Below are positions 41,580 through 50,760 of a DNA stretch of 64,000 bases, piece after piece. The translations under genes were made by a program, and so were the position numbers. Below the pieces are notes generated by a model. The model was not told where the DNA came from. It saw only the letters and a program-made list of their open reading frames with translations, and made no database searches. The stretch's first letter is position 1; each line of letters opens with the position of its first letter. Source of the stretch: Bacillota bacterium (GTDB lineage Bacteria > Bacillota > Sulfobacillia > Sulfobacillales > Sulfobacillaceae); NCBI GenBank assembly GCA_021795465.1, contig JAJYPK010000003.1, positions 6,915 through 70,914 of the forward strand. The letters run 5' to 3'.

Positions 41580-42509
41580 ATGTTTAAACGACACAAAATT
41601 ACGGTTATCGGCGCGGGGGCGACAGGGGCTACCACGGCCCATCTCTTAGCGCTCAAGGAATTGGGGGACATTGTCCTGGTTGATGTGGCGGAAGGCGTGC
41701 CACAAGGCAAGGCTCTTGATATGTGGGAATCGGGTCCGGTGGAAGGGCTTTCAGTGAGGGTATCCGGGAGTAATGATTACGAACCGACCGCCAATTCCGA
41801 TGTGTTGGTTGTCACAGCTGGGATGCCGCGCAAACCCGGTATGAGCCGGGATGATCTCTTAAAAGTTAACGCAGATATTGTCTATCAGGTGGTCGAAAAG
41901 GCTTCACGACTCTCGCCGAATGCGGTCATTGTGGTTCTGACCAATCCGGCGGATGTCATGGCCTATGTGGCTCAAAAAGCCAGTGGATTTCCCCACCAGC
42001 GTGTCATGGGTCAGGCAGGTGTATTGGATTCCGCCCGGTTTCGCACCTTCTTGGCAGATGCTCTACAAGTATCGCCGCGGGACATTACGGCGTTTGTGAT
42101 GGGTGGCCATGGGGATGACATGGTACCTTTGGTGCGGTATTCGTACGTCGGAGGAATACCGGTGGAGAAATTGCTTGCTAAAACAGCGTTGGACGCTATC
42201 GTCCAACGAACCCGGACAGGTGGTGGGGAGGTCTTAAGCCTCATGAAGACGTCCGCCTTTTACGCCCCGGGATCATCTTTGGCGGAAATGGTTCAAGCAG
42301 TTCTGCGCGACGAGCGTCGGGTATTGCCCACCATTAGTTATCTGAATGGCGAATACGGTGAACGTGATATCTACGTAGGTGTACCCGCCGTATTGGGAGG
42401 AAACGGAGTCGAAAAAGTGTTGGAGATTGAGTTCACGCCTGAGGAGAAGGAAGCATTCAAAAAATCCGTGGCGTCAGTGCGGGCACCGTTTTCCATGCTC
42501 AAGTACTAG
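41580..42509 (+). CDS. mdh: Malate dehydrogenase (LDH-like)
   Basis: The motifs KITVIGAGATG, PRKPGMSRDDL and MGGHGD are present. The ATG at 41580 follows AGAGGAGGGG. Confidence 0.93.
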   Translation: MFKRHKITVIGAGATGATTAHLLALKELGDIVLVDVAEGVPQGKALDMWESGPVEGLSVRVSGSNDYEPTANSDVLVVTAGMPRKPGMSRDDLLKVNADIVYQVVEKASRLSPNAVIVVLTNPADVMAYVAQKASGFPHQRVMGQAGVLDSARFRTFLADALQVSPRDITAFVMGGHGDDMVPLVRYSYVGGIPVEKLLAKTALDAIVQRTRTGGGEVLSLMKTSAFYAPGSSLAEMVQAVLRDERRVLPTISYLNGEYGERDIYVGVPAVLGGNGVEKVLEIEFTPEEKEAFKKSVASVRAPFSMLKY

Positions 42510-42563
42510 GCATTAGCACTCCACTTGGAGTGATTACGCGTTGGTAGGAAGGGACGATACTGG

Positions 42564-43676
42564 GTGAAACAATATGAATATCTGGCAAAGCAAATCTTGG
42601 GGACCTACGGCATCCCGACTCCACCGGGTCGGGTGGTCGACACGCCCGATGATGCAAGCCAAGCGGTCCGAGAGATCGGTCCCGTGGCCCTTAAGGCCCA
42701 AGTGTTAGTTGGAGGCCGCGGCAAAGCCGGTGGGATTCGGTTTGCCCAAACCTCGGAGGAAGCACGGACGATTACGCAAGCCATGATTGGCATGGACTTA
42801 AAGGGGTACGTCGTCGAACGTCTCTATGCGGAAGGTAAACTGGAGATCGATCAAGAACTCTATATCTCGGTTACGACCGATCGAAACACTAAGACGCCGC
42901 TGGTCATGGCATCGCGCGCTGGTGGAGTGGAGATTGAAGACGTGGAAGACGGTGCGATTGTGCGACGTACGGTAGACCCTCGTGTCGGTGTAGAACCGTA
43001 TTTCGGGCGTGAATTAGCATCCGCCTTAGGGCTCGAGGGAACCTTGTTCAAGGAGTTTGCCGACCTGGTGGTTAAGCTCTATCGGATTTATCGCGACAAA
43101 GACGCCGAACTGGTCGAAATTAATCCCTTGGCGGTTGTCAAGGGCCATTTAGTGGCGGCTGATGCGCGCCTCAATATTGACGATAGCGCAATATATCGGC
43201 ACCCCGAGATCCAACGGATTGACGAGGGGTCTCTCCTCGAGAAAAAGGTACAGGAAATTGGACTCGCATACGTGGAACTTGATGGAGACATCGCGGTGAT
43301 GGCCAATGGGGCTGGAATGGCGATGGCGACCCTCGATGCGATCCAGTTCTTCGGAGGAAGACCTGCCAACTTTCTCGACGCTGGTGGCGGAGCGTCTGTA
43401 GAGCCCACCGCGCAAGCACTAGGGGTTTTGGTCTCCATGGACCCAAAGGTGATTTTGATAAATATTTTTGGCGGGATCACCCGGTGCGATGATGTGGCCC
43501 GGGCAATCTTGCAGGTGAAAGAAGGCGTTGGGATTCCGGTTCCGTTGGTGGTTCGGCTGGTGGGTACGAACGAAGCCGAAGGTGTTCGCCTCTTGGCCGA
43601 GCGCGGCATTGACGCCTATTCCGAAATGGCTGAAGCGGCTGAACAAGCCGTGAAATTGGCCGGGGAGGCAGGATAA
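42564..43676 (+). CDS. sucC: Succinyl-CoA synthetase beta subunit
   Basis: The N-terminus reads KQYEYLAKQIL, followed by an ATP-grasp domain and NIFGGITRCD. Confidence 0.92.
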   Translation: MKQYEYLAKQILGTYGIPTPPGRVVDTPDDASQAVREIGPVALKAQVLVGGRGKAGGIRFAQTSEEARTITQAMIGMDLKGYVVERLYAEGKLEIDQELYISVTTDRNTKTPLVMASRAGGVEIEDVEDGAIVRRTVDPRVGVEPYFGRELASALGLEGTLFKEFADLVVKLYRIYRDKDAELVEINPLAVVKGHLVAADARLNIDDSAIYRHPEIQRIDEGSLLEKKVQEIGLAYVELDGDIAVMANGAGMAMATLDAIQFFGGRPANFLDAGGGASVEPTAQALGVLVSMDPKVILINIFGGITRCDDVARAILQVKEGVGIPVPLVVRLVGTNEAEGVRLLAERGIDAYSEMAEAAEQAVKLAGEAG

Positions 43677-43677
43677 G

Positions 43678-44544
43678 ATGGCGATACTGTTGACTAAAGA
43701 GTCCCGTGTCATAGTTCAGGGCATGACGGGGAATCAAGGACGTTTTCACACGGCCCAAATGCAGGCATATGGCACAAATCTCGTGGGAGGCACTTCGCCG
43801 GGCAAGGGAGGCCAGCGAATTGACGGAATTCCCGTATTCGACACGGTGTTGAGTGCCGTCCAGGAAACCGGAGCCGATGCGTCTATTGTGTTTGTGCCGG
43901 CACCGTTTGCGAAAGATGCAGCTTTTGAAGCCATGGAGAATGGCATTAAACTCCTGGTCATGATTCCTGAACATATTCCCGTTCAAGATGCTATTGCTAT
44001 TGTCACCCGAGCACGCGACTTGGGTGTGGTGGTCATTGGTCCCAATACGTTTGGGCTCATCTCTCCGGGCGAGAAGACTAAAATGGGCATCATGCCGAAC
44101 CATATTTACCAGGCGGGGCCCATTGGGGTGGTAGCCCGATCCGGCACCTTAAGCTATGAAATAGCGTTTAGTTTGACCAACGCGGGTTTGGGACAGACCA
44201 CCGTAGTCGGGATGGGGGGCGACCCGGTCGTGGGGCAGAACTTTGTGTCGGTGTTGGAGGAATTTAAACGCGATACCAAGACCCAGGCCATCGTGATGGT
44301 GGGAGAGATCGGGGGAAGTGCTGAAGAAGAAGCGGCTGAACACATTAAACAATTAGGCAAGCCAGTGGTGGCCTACCTGGCAGGGAGGGCAGCACCGCCT
44401 GGAAAACGTATGGGTCATGCCGGAGCGATCATCGAACGAGGCCGTGGAACGCTCGAAAGTAAAGAAAAAGCCTTAAGAGCCGCGGGCGCCACGGTTGTCA
44501 CCATGCCATGGCAGGTCGCTGACGCGGTAAAGAGCTTAGTCTGA
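43678..44544 (+). CDS. sucD: Succinyl-CoA synthetase alpha subunit
   Basis: The motifs VIVQGMTGNQG, SRSGTLSYE and MGHAGAII (active-site His) are present. Confidence 0.95.
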   Translation: MAILLTKESRVIVQGMTGNQGRFHTAQMQAYGTNLVGGTSPGKGGQRIDGIPVFDTVLSAVQETGADASIVFVPAPFAKDAAFEAMENGIKLLVMIPEHIPVQDAIAIVTRARDLGVVVIGPNTFGLISPGEKTKMGIMPNHIYQAGPIGVVARSGTLSYEIAFSLTNAGLGQTTVVGMGGDPVVGQNFVSVLEEFKRDTKTQAIVMVGEIGGSAEEEAAEHIKQLGKPVVAYLAGRAAPPGKRMGHAGAIIERGRGTLESKEKALRAAGATVVTMPWQVADAVKSLV

Positions 44545-44567
44545 TAACCGTAGCACAAAACGGTTGC

Positions 44568-44592
44568 GGGGGGCACGCAGCGGGTGCCCTCC
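44568..44592. terminator. Hairpin between convergent sucD and XRE gene
   Basis: GGGCAC (44571-76) pairs with GTGCCC (44584-89) across a 7-nt loop, with flanking G/C extension. The downstream tract is only weakly T-rich. Confidence 0.4.
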
Positions 44593-44614
44593 GTTGTTTG
44601 TGCCTTGACGTGAC

Positions 44615-44965
44615 TTACCGGGAACGACGCTGACGCAACATTTTCTGACGAATCAGGGCTACGACGTCTTCCCAGTCGTCGCGTGGCAACAACGCGTTCG
44701 CTTCTAACCACTCAGTGGCTGACATTCCGTAAGGATGTGACAATTCACGAAGGTGGGAGCCGGGTAAACCGGCTATATTGGACAAAAAGGCAGGGTCAAT
44801 TTGCAGTGCATCTGCAACTTTTTGGATCAAGAGCAAGCCGGGTACGGATCTCTCCCCGCGTTCAATTCGAGATAAATATGAGGCACTAACGCCGGTTTTT
44901 TCCGCGAGAGTACTTAAAGTCATGCCCTGTTCGACGCGTCTTTGGCGAATGTAATCCCCGAACAT
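44615..44965 (-). CDS. XRE-family HTH transcriptional regulator (CI-like)
   Basis: The HTH_3 motif IRQRRVEQGMTLSTLAEKTGVSASYLSRIERGER is followed by a C-terminal extension of about 55 aa. Confidence 0.85.
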   Translation of the reverse strand: MFGDYIRQRRVEQGMTLSTLAEKTGVSASYLSRIERGERSVPGLLLIQKVADALQIDPAFLSNIAGLPGSHLRELSHPYGMSATEWLEANALLPRDDWEDVVALIRQKMLRQRRSR

Positions 44966-45023
44966 ACCATTCCTCCTAGCATCGACCGTGTTGTCTAGTC
45001 CTAAACGCCATCGTACCCAAGTT

Positions 45024-45039
45024 GTTGCCTATAGGCAAC
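45024..45039. promoter_or_regulatory. Palindromic operator candidate O1 (GTTGCCTATAGGCAAC)
   Basis: This is a perfect 16-bp palindrome. It overlaps a TTGCCT-N17-TACGAT promoter candidate reading toward the minus-strand XRE gene. Confidence 0.6.
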
Positions 45040-45064
45040 ACATAGCCATTAGATTGTATAAAAG

Positions 45065-45079
45065 TTGCCCCAATGGCAA
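45065..45079. promoter_or_regulatory. Palindromic operator candidate O2 (TTGCCCCAATGGCAA)
   Basis: The site has TTGCC-N5-GGCAA symmetry. It overlaps a candidate -35 for the plus-strand XRE gene (TTGCCC-N18-TATGAT). Confidence 0.55.
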
Positions 45080-45095
45080 AAAATGAGGTATGATT

Positions 45096-45110
45096 TTGCC
45101 AAATTGGCAA
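45096..45110. promoter_or_regulatory. Palindromic operator candidate O3 (TTGCCAAATTGGCAA)
   Basis: This is a perfect 7-1-7 palindrome. It lies between the candidate -10 and the Shine-Dalgarno sequence of the plus-strand XRE gene. Confidence 0.55.
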
Positions 45111-45124
45111 GGAGAATGACGCGA

Positions 45125-45343
45125 ATGCCGACGTTACGAGTCAATGTTCCGGAAGTCCGGCGATTCATGCAAGAACGGGGTTGGTCCGAGAGAGACTTGG
45201 CTACACATATGGACTTGGCCTATTCGTATGTGAACCGAGTGCTGGGTTTGAAAAGGCAACCCGGAGCTAAGTTTGTCGCGGGTGCGTTGACTGTCGGAAT
45301 GCATATCGAAGACGCCTTCATCATTGATGGGACAAAGTCGTAA
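45125..45343 (+). CDS. Small XRE/Cro-like HTH protein
   Basis: The protein is 72 aa and contains RRFMQERGWSERDLATHMDLAYSYVNRVLG. The ATG at 45125 lies about 9 nt after AAGGAGA. Confidence 0.7.
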   Translation: MPTLRVNVPEVRRFMQERGWSERDLATHMDLAYSYVNRVLGLKRQPGAKFVAGALTVGMHIEDAFIIDGTKS

Positions 45344-45470
45344 AACTGGGCTCGGATGTGATCCGGCATCTTGCCTAATAGGACTACGATTTGTTTTAAT
45401 GAGAATAACTTATGGCCTGGGGTCATAGGATCTTGGATCCTGGTGCAATCTAGAGGACGAGGTGACGTAG

Positions 45471-46784
45471 GTGCAGATACAGGTGGTGGGATTGAATCAC
45501 CAAACGGCGCCGATTGAAATTCGTGAGCGGGTCAGTCTGGGACCAGACCAGATTGCAAGGGCTTATACGGAGGGACATCCGTATCTGGCTATTCGTGGTG
45601 TGGTCATTGTATCGACGTGTAATCGAACGGAAGTGTATTGGGCAGGAGCGGCCACCCTAGCCGAAATTTTGTCCTGGTGGGAAGTCTTGGTGGGAATTCC
45701 GCGGGGGGACTTCGTCGATCATTTATATTGGTACGCAAACTCGGAAGCGTATACGCATTTATTTCGGGTGACCTCGGGCCTCGATTCCATGGTGCTCGGG
45801 GAGACGCAGATTCTTGGACAAATTAAAGCTTCGTATCAACTGGCCAATGGCTACCAAGCGGTAGGGGCGTTACACCGATTGTTTCAGTATGCGTTACGTG
45901 TCGGCAAGAGAGCTCATGGGGAAACCGGAATTTCCCACAACGCCTTATCGGTCGGACATGCGGTGGTGGAACTCGCCAAGAAGGTGTTTGGCGATCTGGA
46001 GCCGTTGACGGCATTGGTGATTGGGGCAGGGGAAACCGGTTCACTGGTGGCTCGACATTTGGCGGCAAGTGGAGTCGGCAACATCGTGATTACGAGTCGG
46101 ACGGCGGATCATGCGCATCGCCTTGCCTTGGACGTGAAGGGGGTAGGAGTAGAATTTGGTCGCTTGACGACTGCGATGCGCGAGGCGGATATTATTGTGT
46201 CGTCGACGAGTGCACCTCATCCGATTATTACGTTGGAAAAGGCACGGGCTGCCTTTAAAGGCCAGGGGCAACGGCTGCGATTTGTCTTTGATCTCGCCGT
46301 GCCGCGGGATGTAGAACCCGACGTTGCCAAGGTCGGGTCGGGTATTTTTCTCTATGATGTCGATGACATCGAACAAATCGTTGTAGCAAATTATCGGCAG
46401 CGCCAGAAAGAGGCGATTAAAGTCGAACGCATAGTACAGGAAGAACGGGTGGCATTGGAAGAAGAGCTAGGTGCCACGGAAGTGGGGCCGGTGATTCGAT
46501 TGCTACGCGAGAAAGCGGAACTTATCCGCCAACAAGAGTTGTCTCGAGCGATGCAGCGGTTGTCTACGCTTACCCCTGAAGAACGGTCGGTCGTAGAAGA
46601 GACCACGCGCATCATGATGAATAAGTTTTTGAACGATCCCATGACCAGTATGAGGCGTTGGGGGAATGACGGAGGTAAAGCGGTTTATATCGATGCGATC
46701 CGTGAGTTGTTTCGCTTGAGGGAAGAGAAGGCTCCTTCAATCACGTTACCGGCATCGGGTGATATTGCCTCTCGGGAAGCCTGA
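45471..46784 (+). CDS. hemA: Glutamyl-tRNA reductase
   Basis: The motifs VSTCNRTEVY and GETQILGQ and the NADP domain VIGAGETG are present. Confidence 0.95.
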   Translation: MQIQVVGLNHQTAPIEIRERVSLGPDQIARAYTEGHPYLAIRGVVIVSTCNRTEVYWAGAATLAEILSWWEVLVGIPRGDFVDHLYWYANSEAYTHLFRVTSGLDSMVLGETQILGQIKASYQLANGYQAVGALHRLFQYALRVGKRAHGETGISHNALSVGHAVVELAKKVFGDLEPLTALVIGAGETGSLVARHLAASGVGNIVITSRTADHAHRLALDVKGVGVEFGRLTTAMREADIIVSSTSAPHPIITLEKARAAFKGQGQRLRFVFDLAVPRDVEPDVAKVGSGIFLYDVDDIEQIVVANYRQRQKEAIKVERIVQEERVALEEELGATEVGPVIRLLREKAELIRQQELSRAMQRLSTLTPEERSVVEETTRIMMNKFLNDPMTSMRRWGNDGGKAVYIDAIRELFRLREEKAPSITLPASGDIASREA

Positions 46785-46792
46785 GGCTATTT

Positions 46793-47605
46793 TTGGTGAT
46801 AGTGTTCGGGCTTATGAGTTGCACGTTTTTAGGGTATTTGGCAGCGTCGGGATTTTATGTGGCCGCACTCTATGATCGGCGTCGTGAGCTATGGGCACGG
46901 GGGGCGGTGTATTTTGGCTGGACGGCACAGACGGTCTATTTATTTAGGCCGATCGTGATTCTTGGCGTAATTTCCACAATGTCCCTATACGACTGGATGG
47001 CTTGGTTTGTATGGGTCGTGACGGGCACATTTTTAGTGATTCAACATCGACGTCAGTATGCGCAAGTCGGAAGTTTTTTGATTCCGATTGTTTTTTTGCT
47101 GTGGGTGGGCAGTCAAGGTCTTAATCATCCGGCGGGTACCCAGCGCCCCTCGATTTTGGTGGGTTGGCTCGGCCTATATATTGCTGTGGCCACGGCGAGT
47201 TATGTGGTGTTTTTATTGGCTGCGATATTCGGGATTATGTACATGGAAAAAGAGCGTGAGCTTAAGAAAAAACAGATACGCCTGTTTTATTATCAATTGC
47301 CCCCTTTGGAAGATATGGACCTTATTGCGTCCCGACTTATCATGGTCGGAGTTCCGCTCTTCGCAGTGGCCCTGTACTTTGGCGCACAAACGGTGAAATT
47401 GGTGTGGGGTTCCTACTGGGCGTGGACTGCCAAAGAGACCTGGTCATTTATAACTTGGCTCGTGTATTTGGTATATTTAGGGCTGCGATGGATTCTAGGT
47501 TGGCGGGGGCATCGGAGTGCAATCTATGCGATGTTGGCGTTTATCGTAGTCATGTTCAACTTTATCGGCGTCAACCTCCTCTTCCCGGGACCTAGGGGCT
47601 ATTAA
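46793..47605 (+). CDS. hemX: CcsA-like cytochrome c assembly family membrane protein (HemX-type)
   Basis: The protein is polytopic with the W-rich segment WGSYWAWTAKETWSFITW. Its position between hemA and hemC matches B. subtilis hemAXCDBL. Confidence 0.8.
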   Translation: MVIVFGLMSCTFLGYLAASGFYVAALYDRRRELWARGAVYFGWTAQTVYLFRPIVILGVISTMSLYDWMAWFVWVVTGTFLVIQHRRQYAQVGSFLIPIVFLLWVGSQGLNHPAGTQRPSILVGWLGLYIAVATASYVVFLLAAIFGIMYMEKERELKKKQIRLFYYQLPPLEDMDLIASRLIMVGVPLFAVALYFGAQTVKLVWGSYWAWTAKETWSFITWLVYLVYLGLRWILGWRGHRSAIYAMLAFIVVMFNFIGVNLLFPGPRGY

Positions 47606-47639
47606 ACAGGGATACAAGCATCGTCGTTCGGGGCGCAGA

Positions 47640-48569
47640 ATGCCCGGCGAGATAGGGGTGACGGACGTGAAAATTGGCACACGAGCGAGCATTTTAGCGG
47701 TCAGTCAGGCAGAATCGGTTCAAAGCGCGCTCGACCAACAGGGAATGACATCAACGCTAGTGCGGTTTGAGACGAAGGGTGACCAGATTTTGGACCGTGC
47801 ACTGGATAAAATTGGGGACAAGGGACTCTTTACCACGGAATTGGAGCGGGCCCTTTTATCCCACGAAATCGATCTCGCGGTGCATTCCTTAAAAGACTTA
47901 CCGACCGAAATGCCACCCGGGCTTTTCATCGCGGCTTATGCGCTGGCGGAGGATCCTCGGGATGTGTTTTTAGGACGCGACGTATGTTTAGATCGCTTGT
48001 CCGATGGCAGTGTGGTAGGTACCTCAAGCCTTCGACGCACTGCCTGGTTACGTCATATCTGTCCTAATGTCACTACCACTGCCGTTAGAGGCAATCTCCA
48101 TACGCGAATCAGTAAGTGGCGGGAGCATGAATGGGCGGGACTTATATTGGCTGCTGCAGGCGTTCATCGCCTCGGATGGCAGGCATTAATTACGGAATAT
48201 CTCGACCCTAAGGAATGGGTGCCAGCTCCGGGCCAAGGAATCCTCGCGATCCAAATGCGAGACGATCATCCTCGATGCCATGATATCAAGCATTGGCTTA
48301 ACGACGGTCAACAAGAAACTCGTGCGATAGCCGAACGAGAAGTCTTGGCTCGGCTCGGAGGTGGATGTCAGATACCATTGGGGGTTTACGCAGAACTCGA
48401 CGTGGCTAAAGGATTAACGCATGTGGTGGGCAAGGTGGTGTCCCCGGATGGGTCCCGAGCCATCGTAACGGAGGCCACCGACGCGATGAATCAGGCGGTG
48501 CGAGTGGGGCGGGTGGTTGCGGAGGATCTATTGAGAAAGGGGGCGCATGAGCTTATTGGGCTCGTCTAA
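47640..48569 (+). CDS. hemC: Porphobilinogen deaminase (hydroxymethylbilane synthase)
   Basis: The motifs KIGTRASILAVSQA, GDKGLFTTELE and GGCQIPLG are present. A GTG at 47667 is an alternative start. Confidence 0.93.
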   Translation: MPGEIGVTDVKIGTRASILAVSQAESVQSALDQQGMTSTLVRFETKGDQILDRALDKIGDKGLFTTELERALLSHEIDLAVHSLKDLPTEMPPGLFIAAYALAEDPRDVFLGRDVCLDRLSDGSVVGTSSLRRTAWLRHICPNVTTTAVRGNLHTRISKWREHEWAGLILAAAGVHRLGWQALITEYLDPKEWVPAPGQGILAIQMRDDHPRCHDIKHWLNDGQQETRAIAEREVLARLGGGCQIPLGVYAELDVAKGLTHVVGKVVSPDGSRAIVTEATDAMNQAVRVGRVVAEDLLRKGAHELIGLV

Positions 48570-49365
48570 TTCGCCCTTAAAAGGGAGACGACTCTTGTTC
48601 TTACGAGAGAGTGCAGCTCTTCGCCGTGCTGCATGGGCGTGTCAGCAATTAGGCGCGGACACCGTGACGGCACCGGTTATGGATTTGCGGGATCCCGGTC
48701 CCGAAGATTACCGGGCGCTTAACCGCGCGATCGACAGGTTGGCCCATTATTATGATTGGGTGGTGTTGACGAGCCAAGAGGGAGTCGAGCGCTTTGTCAC
48801 CCAATGTGAAATCCGTTCTCAAAAACCGATCGGTGATCATCCGCAATTTGCCGTGGTGGGAAGGCAGACCGAGACCGCGCTTAGGCGTCATGGCATTCGG
48901 GTAAGTCTGGCGCCACTCTCGGATTTTAGCCAACAGGGACTCATCGACGCATTGGGAAAGCTTCCAAAGCTTTCCGGAGAACGGTTCCTGCTTCCCTTGG
49001 CCGATCAGGCTCGTTCTCTCCTAGAACACTTTTTGGCTCAGCATGGTGCTGTGGTGGAACGACTGGTCCTCTATCGCACGGTGTTCTTATCGCTTGATCC
49101 AAAAGCCGCACGGCACTTGGCTGATGGGGCTATCGACGGGATTTTTTATACCTCTCCTTCGAGCGTTCAGGCCTTTTGTCAAAATCTCGGGCCGAATCTT
49201 TATCGACGATTCCAAGATGCCCCGGCGTTTAGTATCGGGGACCAAACGTCTCGCGTCTTGGCCAATCATGCGGTGACTTCCATTATGCAGGCGCCCACGG
49301 CCTCAATCCCAGCTTTGGTGGAGGTGGCGGTGAGTTTTTTTGGAACCCGAAGCCCTGGTCCCTGA
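48547..49365 (+). CDS. hemD: Uroporphyrinogen-III synthase
   Basis: The protein is HemD-sized. The gene sits between hemC and hemB and overlaps the end of hemC. Sequence conservation is weak, as is typical for this family. Confidence 0.75.
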   Translation: MSLLGSSNSPLKGRRLLFLRESAALRRAAWACQQLGADTVTAPVMDLRDPGPEDYRALNRAIDRLAHYYDWVVLTSQEGVERFVTQCEIRSQKPIGDHPQFAVVGRQTETALRRHGIRVSLAPLSDFSQQGLIDALGKLPKLSGERFLLPLADQARSLLEHFLAQHGAVVERLVLYRTVFLSLDPKAARHLADGAIDGIFYTSPSSVQAFCQNLGPNLYRRFQDAPAFSIGDQTSRVLANHAVTSIMQAPTASIPALVEVAVSFFGTRSPGP

Positions 49366-49526
49366 TTTCAGGGATCTTTTCGATTTCCGGGGCCTGTCGG
49401 CAGTCCACCGGGATGCCCTCCTTCGAACGAAGTCATCATGGACCTCCGGTCCCCTCATCATGAACACGGCTGAGCTTTGATCATGGTAAAATAGAGAAAG
49501 TATCACCTTGAGGAGTGTGGTTACTT

Positions 49527-50507
49527 ATGTATCCGACTCAACGGCCTCGTCGCCTAAGAGGATCTGAGACAATGCGGGCTTTGGTTCGCGAAACACATCT
49601 TAGTGTGGACCAGTTTATTTATCCCGTTTTTGTGCGTCCGGGAAAGGGACGACGCGACCCCATCGGTTCCATGCCGGGGATTTATCAGTGGTCTATCGAC
49701 TCCCTGGTCGATCATTTGGTGGATGTCTACGCGTTAGGTGTCCGTAGCTATTTGCTGTTCGGCATACCCCATCAGAAGGATGACGTGGGGAGTGAAGCCT
49801 ATGATGAAAACGGTATCGTGCAAGACGCACTACGGGCCTTACGAGAACGATTACCCGAAAGTATTCTGATTGCGGACCTCTGTTTATGTGAGTATACCAG
49901 TCATGGCCATTGTGGGCTGTTGGATCCCGAGGGCCACGTTGCAAACGATCCCACGGTGGCACTCCTCGCTCGTACTGCCGTGGCGCAAGCTCGGGCAGGA
50001 GCGTCGGTGGTGGCTCCATCTGACATGATGGATGGGCGCGTCGGAGCCATTCGCGAGGCCTTAGATAGGGATGGTTATTCGGACGTCCCAATTATGTCTT
50101 ATGCCGCCAAATATGCCTCGGGATTCTACGGACCATTTCGTGAAGCGGCCGAAAATACCCCGAGTTTCGGGGATCGCAAGAGTTACCAAATGGATATCAC
50201 GAATCGTCGCGAAGCGTTAAAAGAAGTACAGTTGGATTTAAGCGAAGGTGCCGATATGATCATTGTTAAGCCAGCACTTCCGTATTTAGATATTCTCCGG
50301 GAAGTACGCAATGAGACTTTGGTACCGATCGCGGCGTATCAGGTATCCGGCGAATACGCCATGATCAAGGCGGCGGCAACCAATGGATGGATCGAGGAGC
50401 GACGGGTTGTCGAAGAATCCCTGATCGCCATTCGTCGGGCCGGGGCCGATATGATCGTTACGTATTTCGCGCCCCAAATGGCGCGTTGGCTAGGAGAAGA
50501 TTCATAG
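49527..50507 (+). CDS. hemB: Porphobilinogen synthase (ALA dehydratase)
   Basis: The sequences RPRRLR, the Zn site DLCLCEYTSHGHCG, and KPALPYLDI are present. Confidence 0.95.
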   Translation: MYPTQRPRRLRGSETMRALVRETHLSVDQFIYPVFVRPGKGRRDPIGSMPGIYQWSIDSLVDHLVDVYALGVRSYLLFGIPHQKDDVGSEAYDENGIVQDALRALRERLPESILIADLCLCEYTSHGHCGLLDPEGHVANDPTVALLARTAVAQARAGASVVAPSDMMDGRVGAIREALDRDGYSDVPIMSYAAKYASGFYGPFREAAENTPSFGDRKSYQMDITNRREALKEVQLDLSEGADMIIVKPALPYLDILREVRNETLVPIAAYQVSGEYAMIKAAATNGWIEERRVVEESLIAIRRAGADMIVTYFAPQMARWLGEDS

Positions 50508-50557
50508 GGGCATACCAGCGTCGAGGATGAGAGTTCCCCATAAGGGAGGCATGACAC

Positions 50558-50746
50558 ATGTCAGACAATCCAAAAAAATCGCCACGGGCTCAGCGCGTGC
50601 GAAACGAGTCGGTGTCCTTATATGATATGGGTGTCGACGATGTCTTGGAAACAGAGGGGTTTGTGGTGTTAGACTCGAGCTTGGGGTTGGTGCCGCCGAG
50701 TCGTGGGAAGACCCCATTGGCAACCCACGACAAAAAGAAAGCGTAA
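50558..50746 (+). CDS. Small hypothetical protein (62 aa)
   Basis: A strong Shine-Dalgarno sequence AAGGGAGG lies 8 nt upstream. The stop lies just before the selA Shine-Dalgarno sequence. I recognise no family. Confidence 0.45.
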   Translation: MSDNPKKSPRAQRVRNESVSLYDMGVDDVLETEGFVVLDSSLGLVPPSRGKTPLATHDKKKA

Positions 50747-50760
50747 TAGAGGGAGGAATC

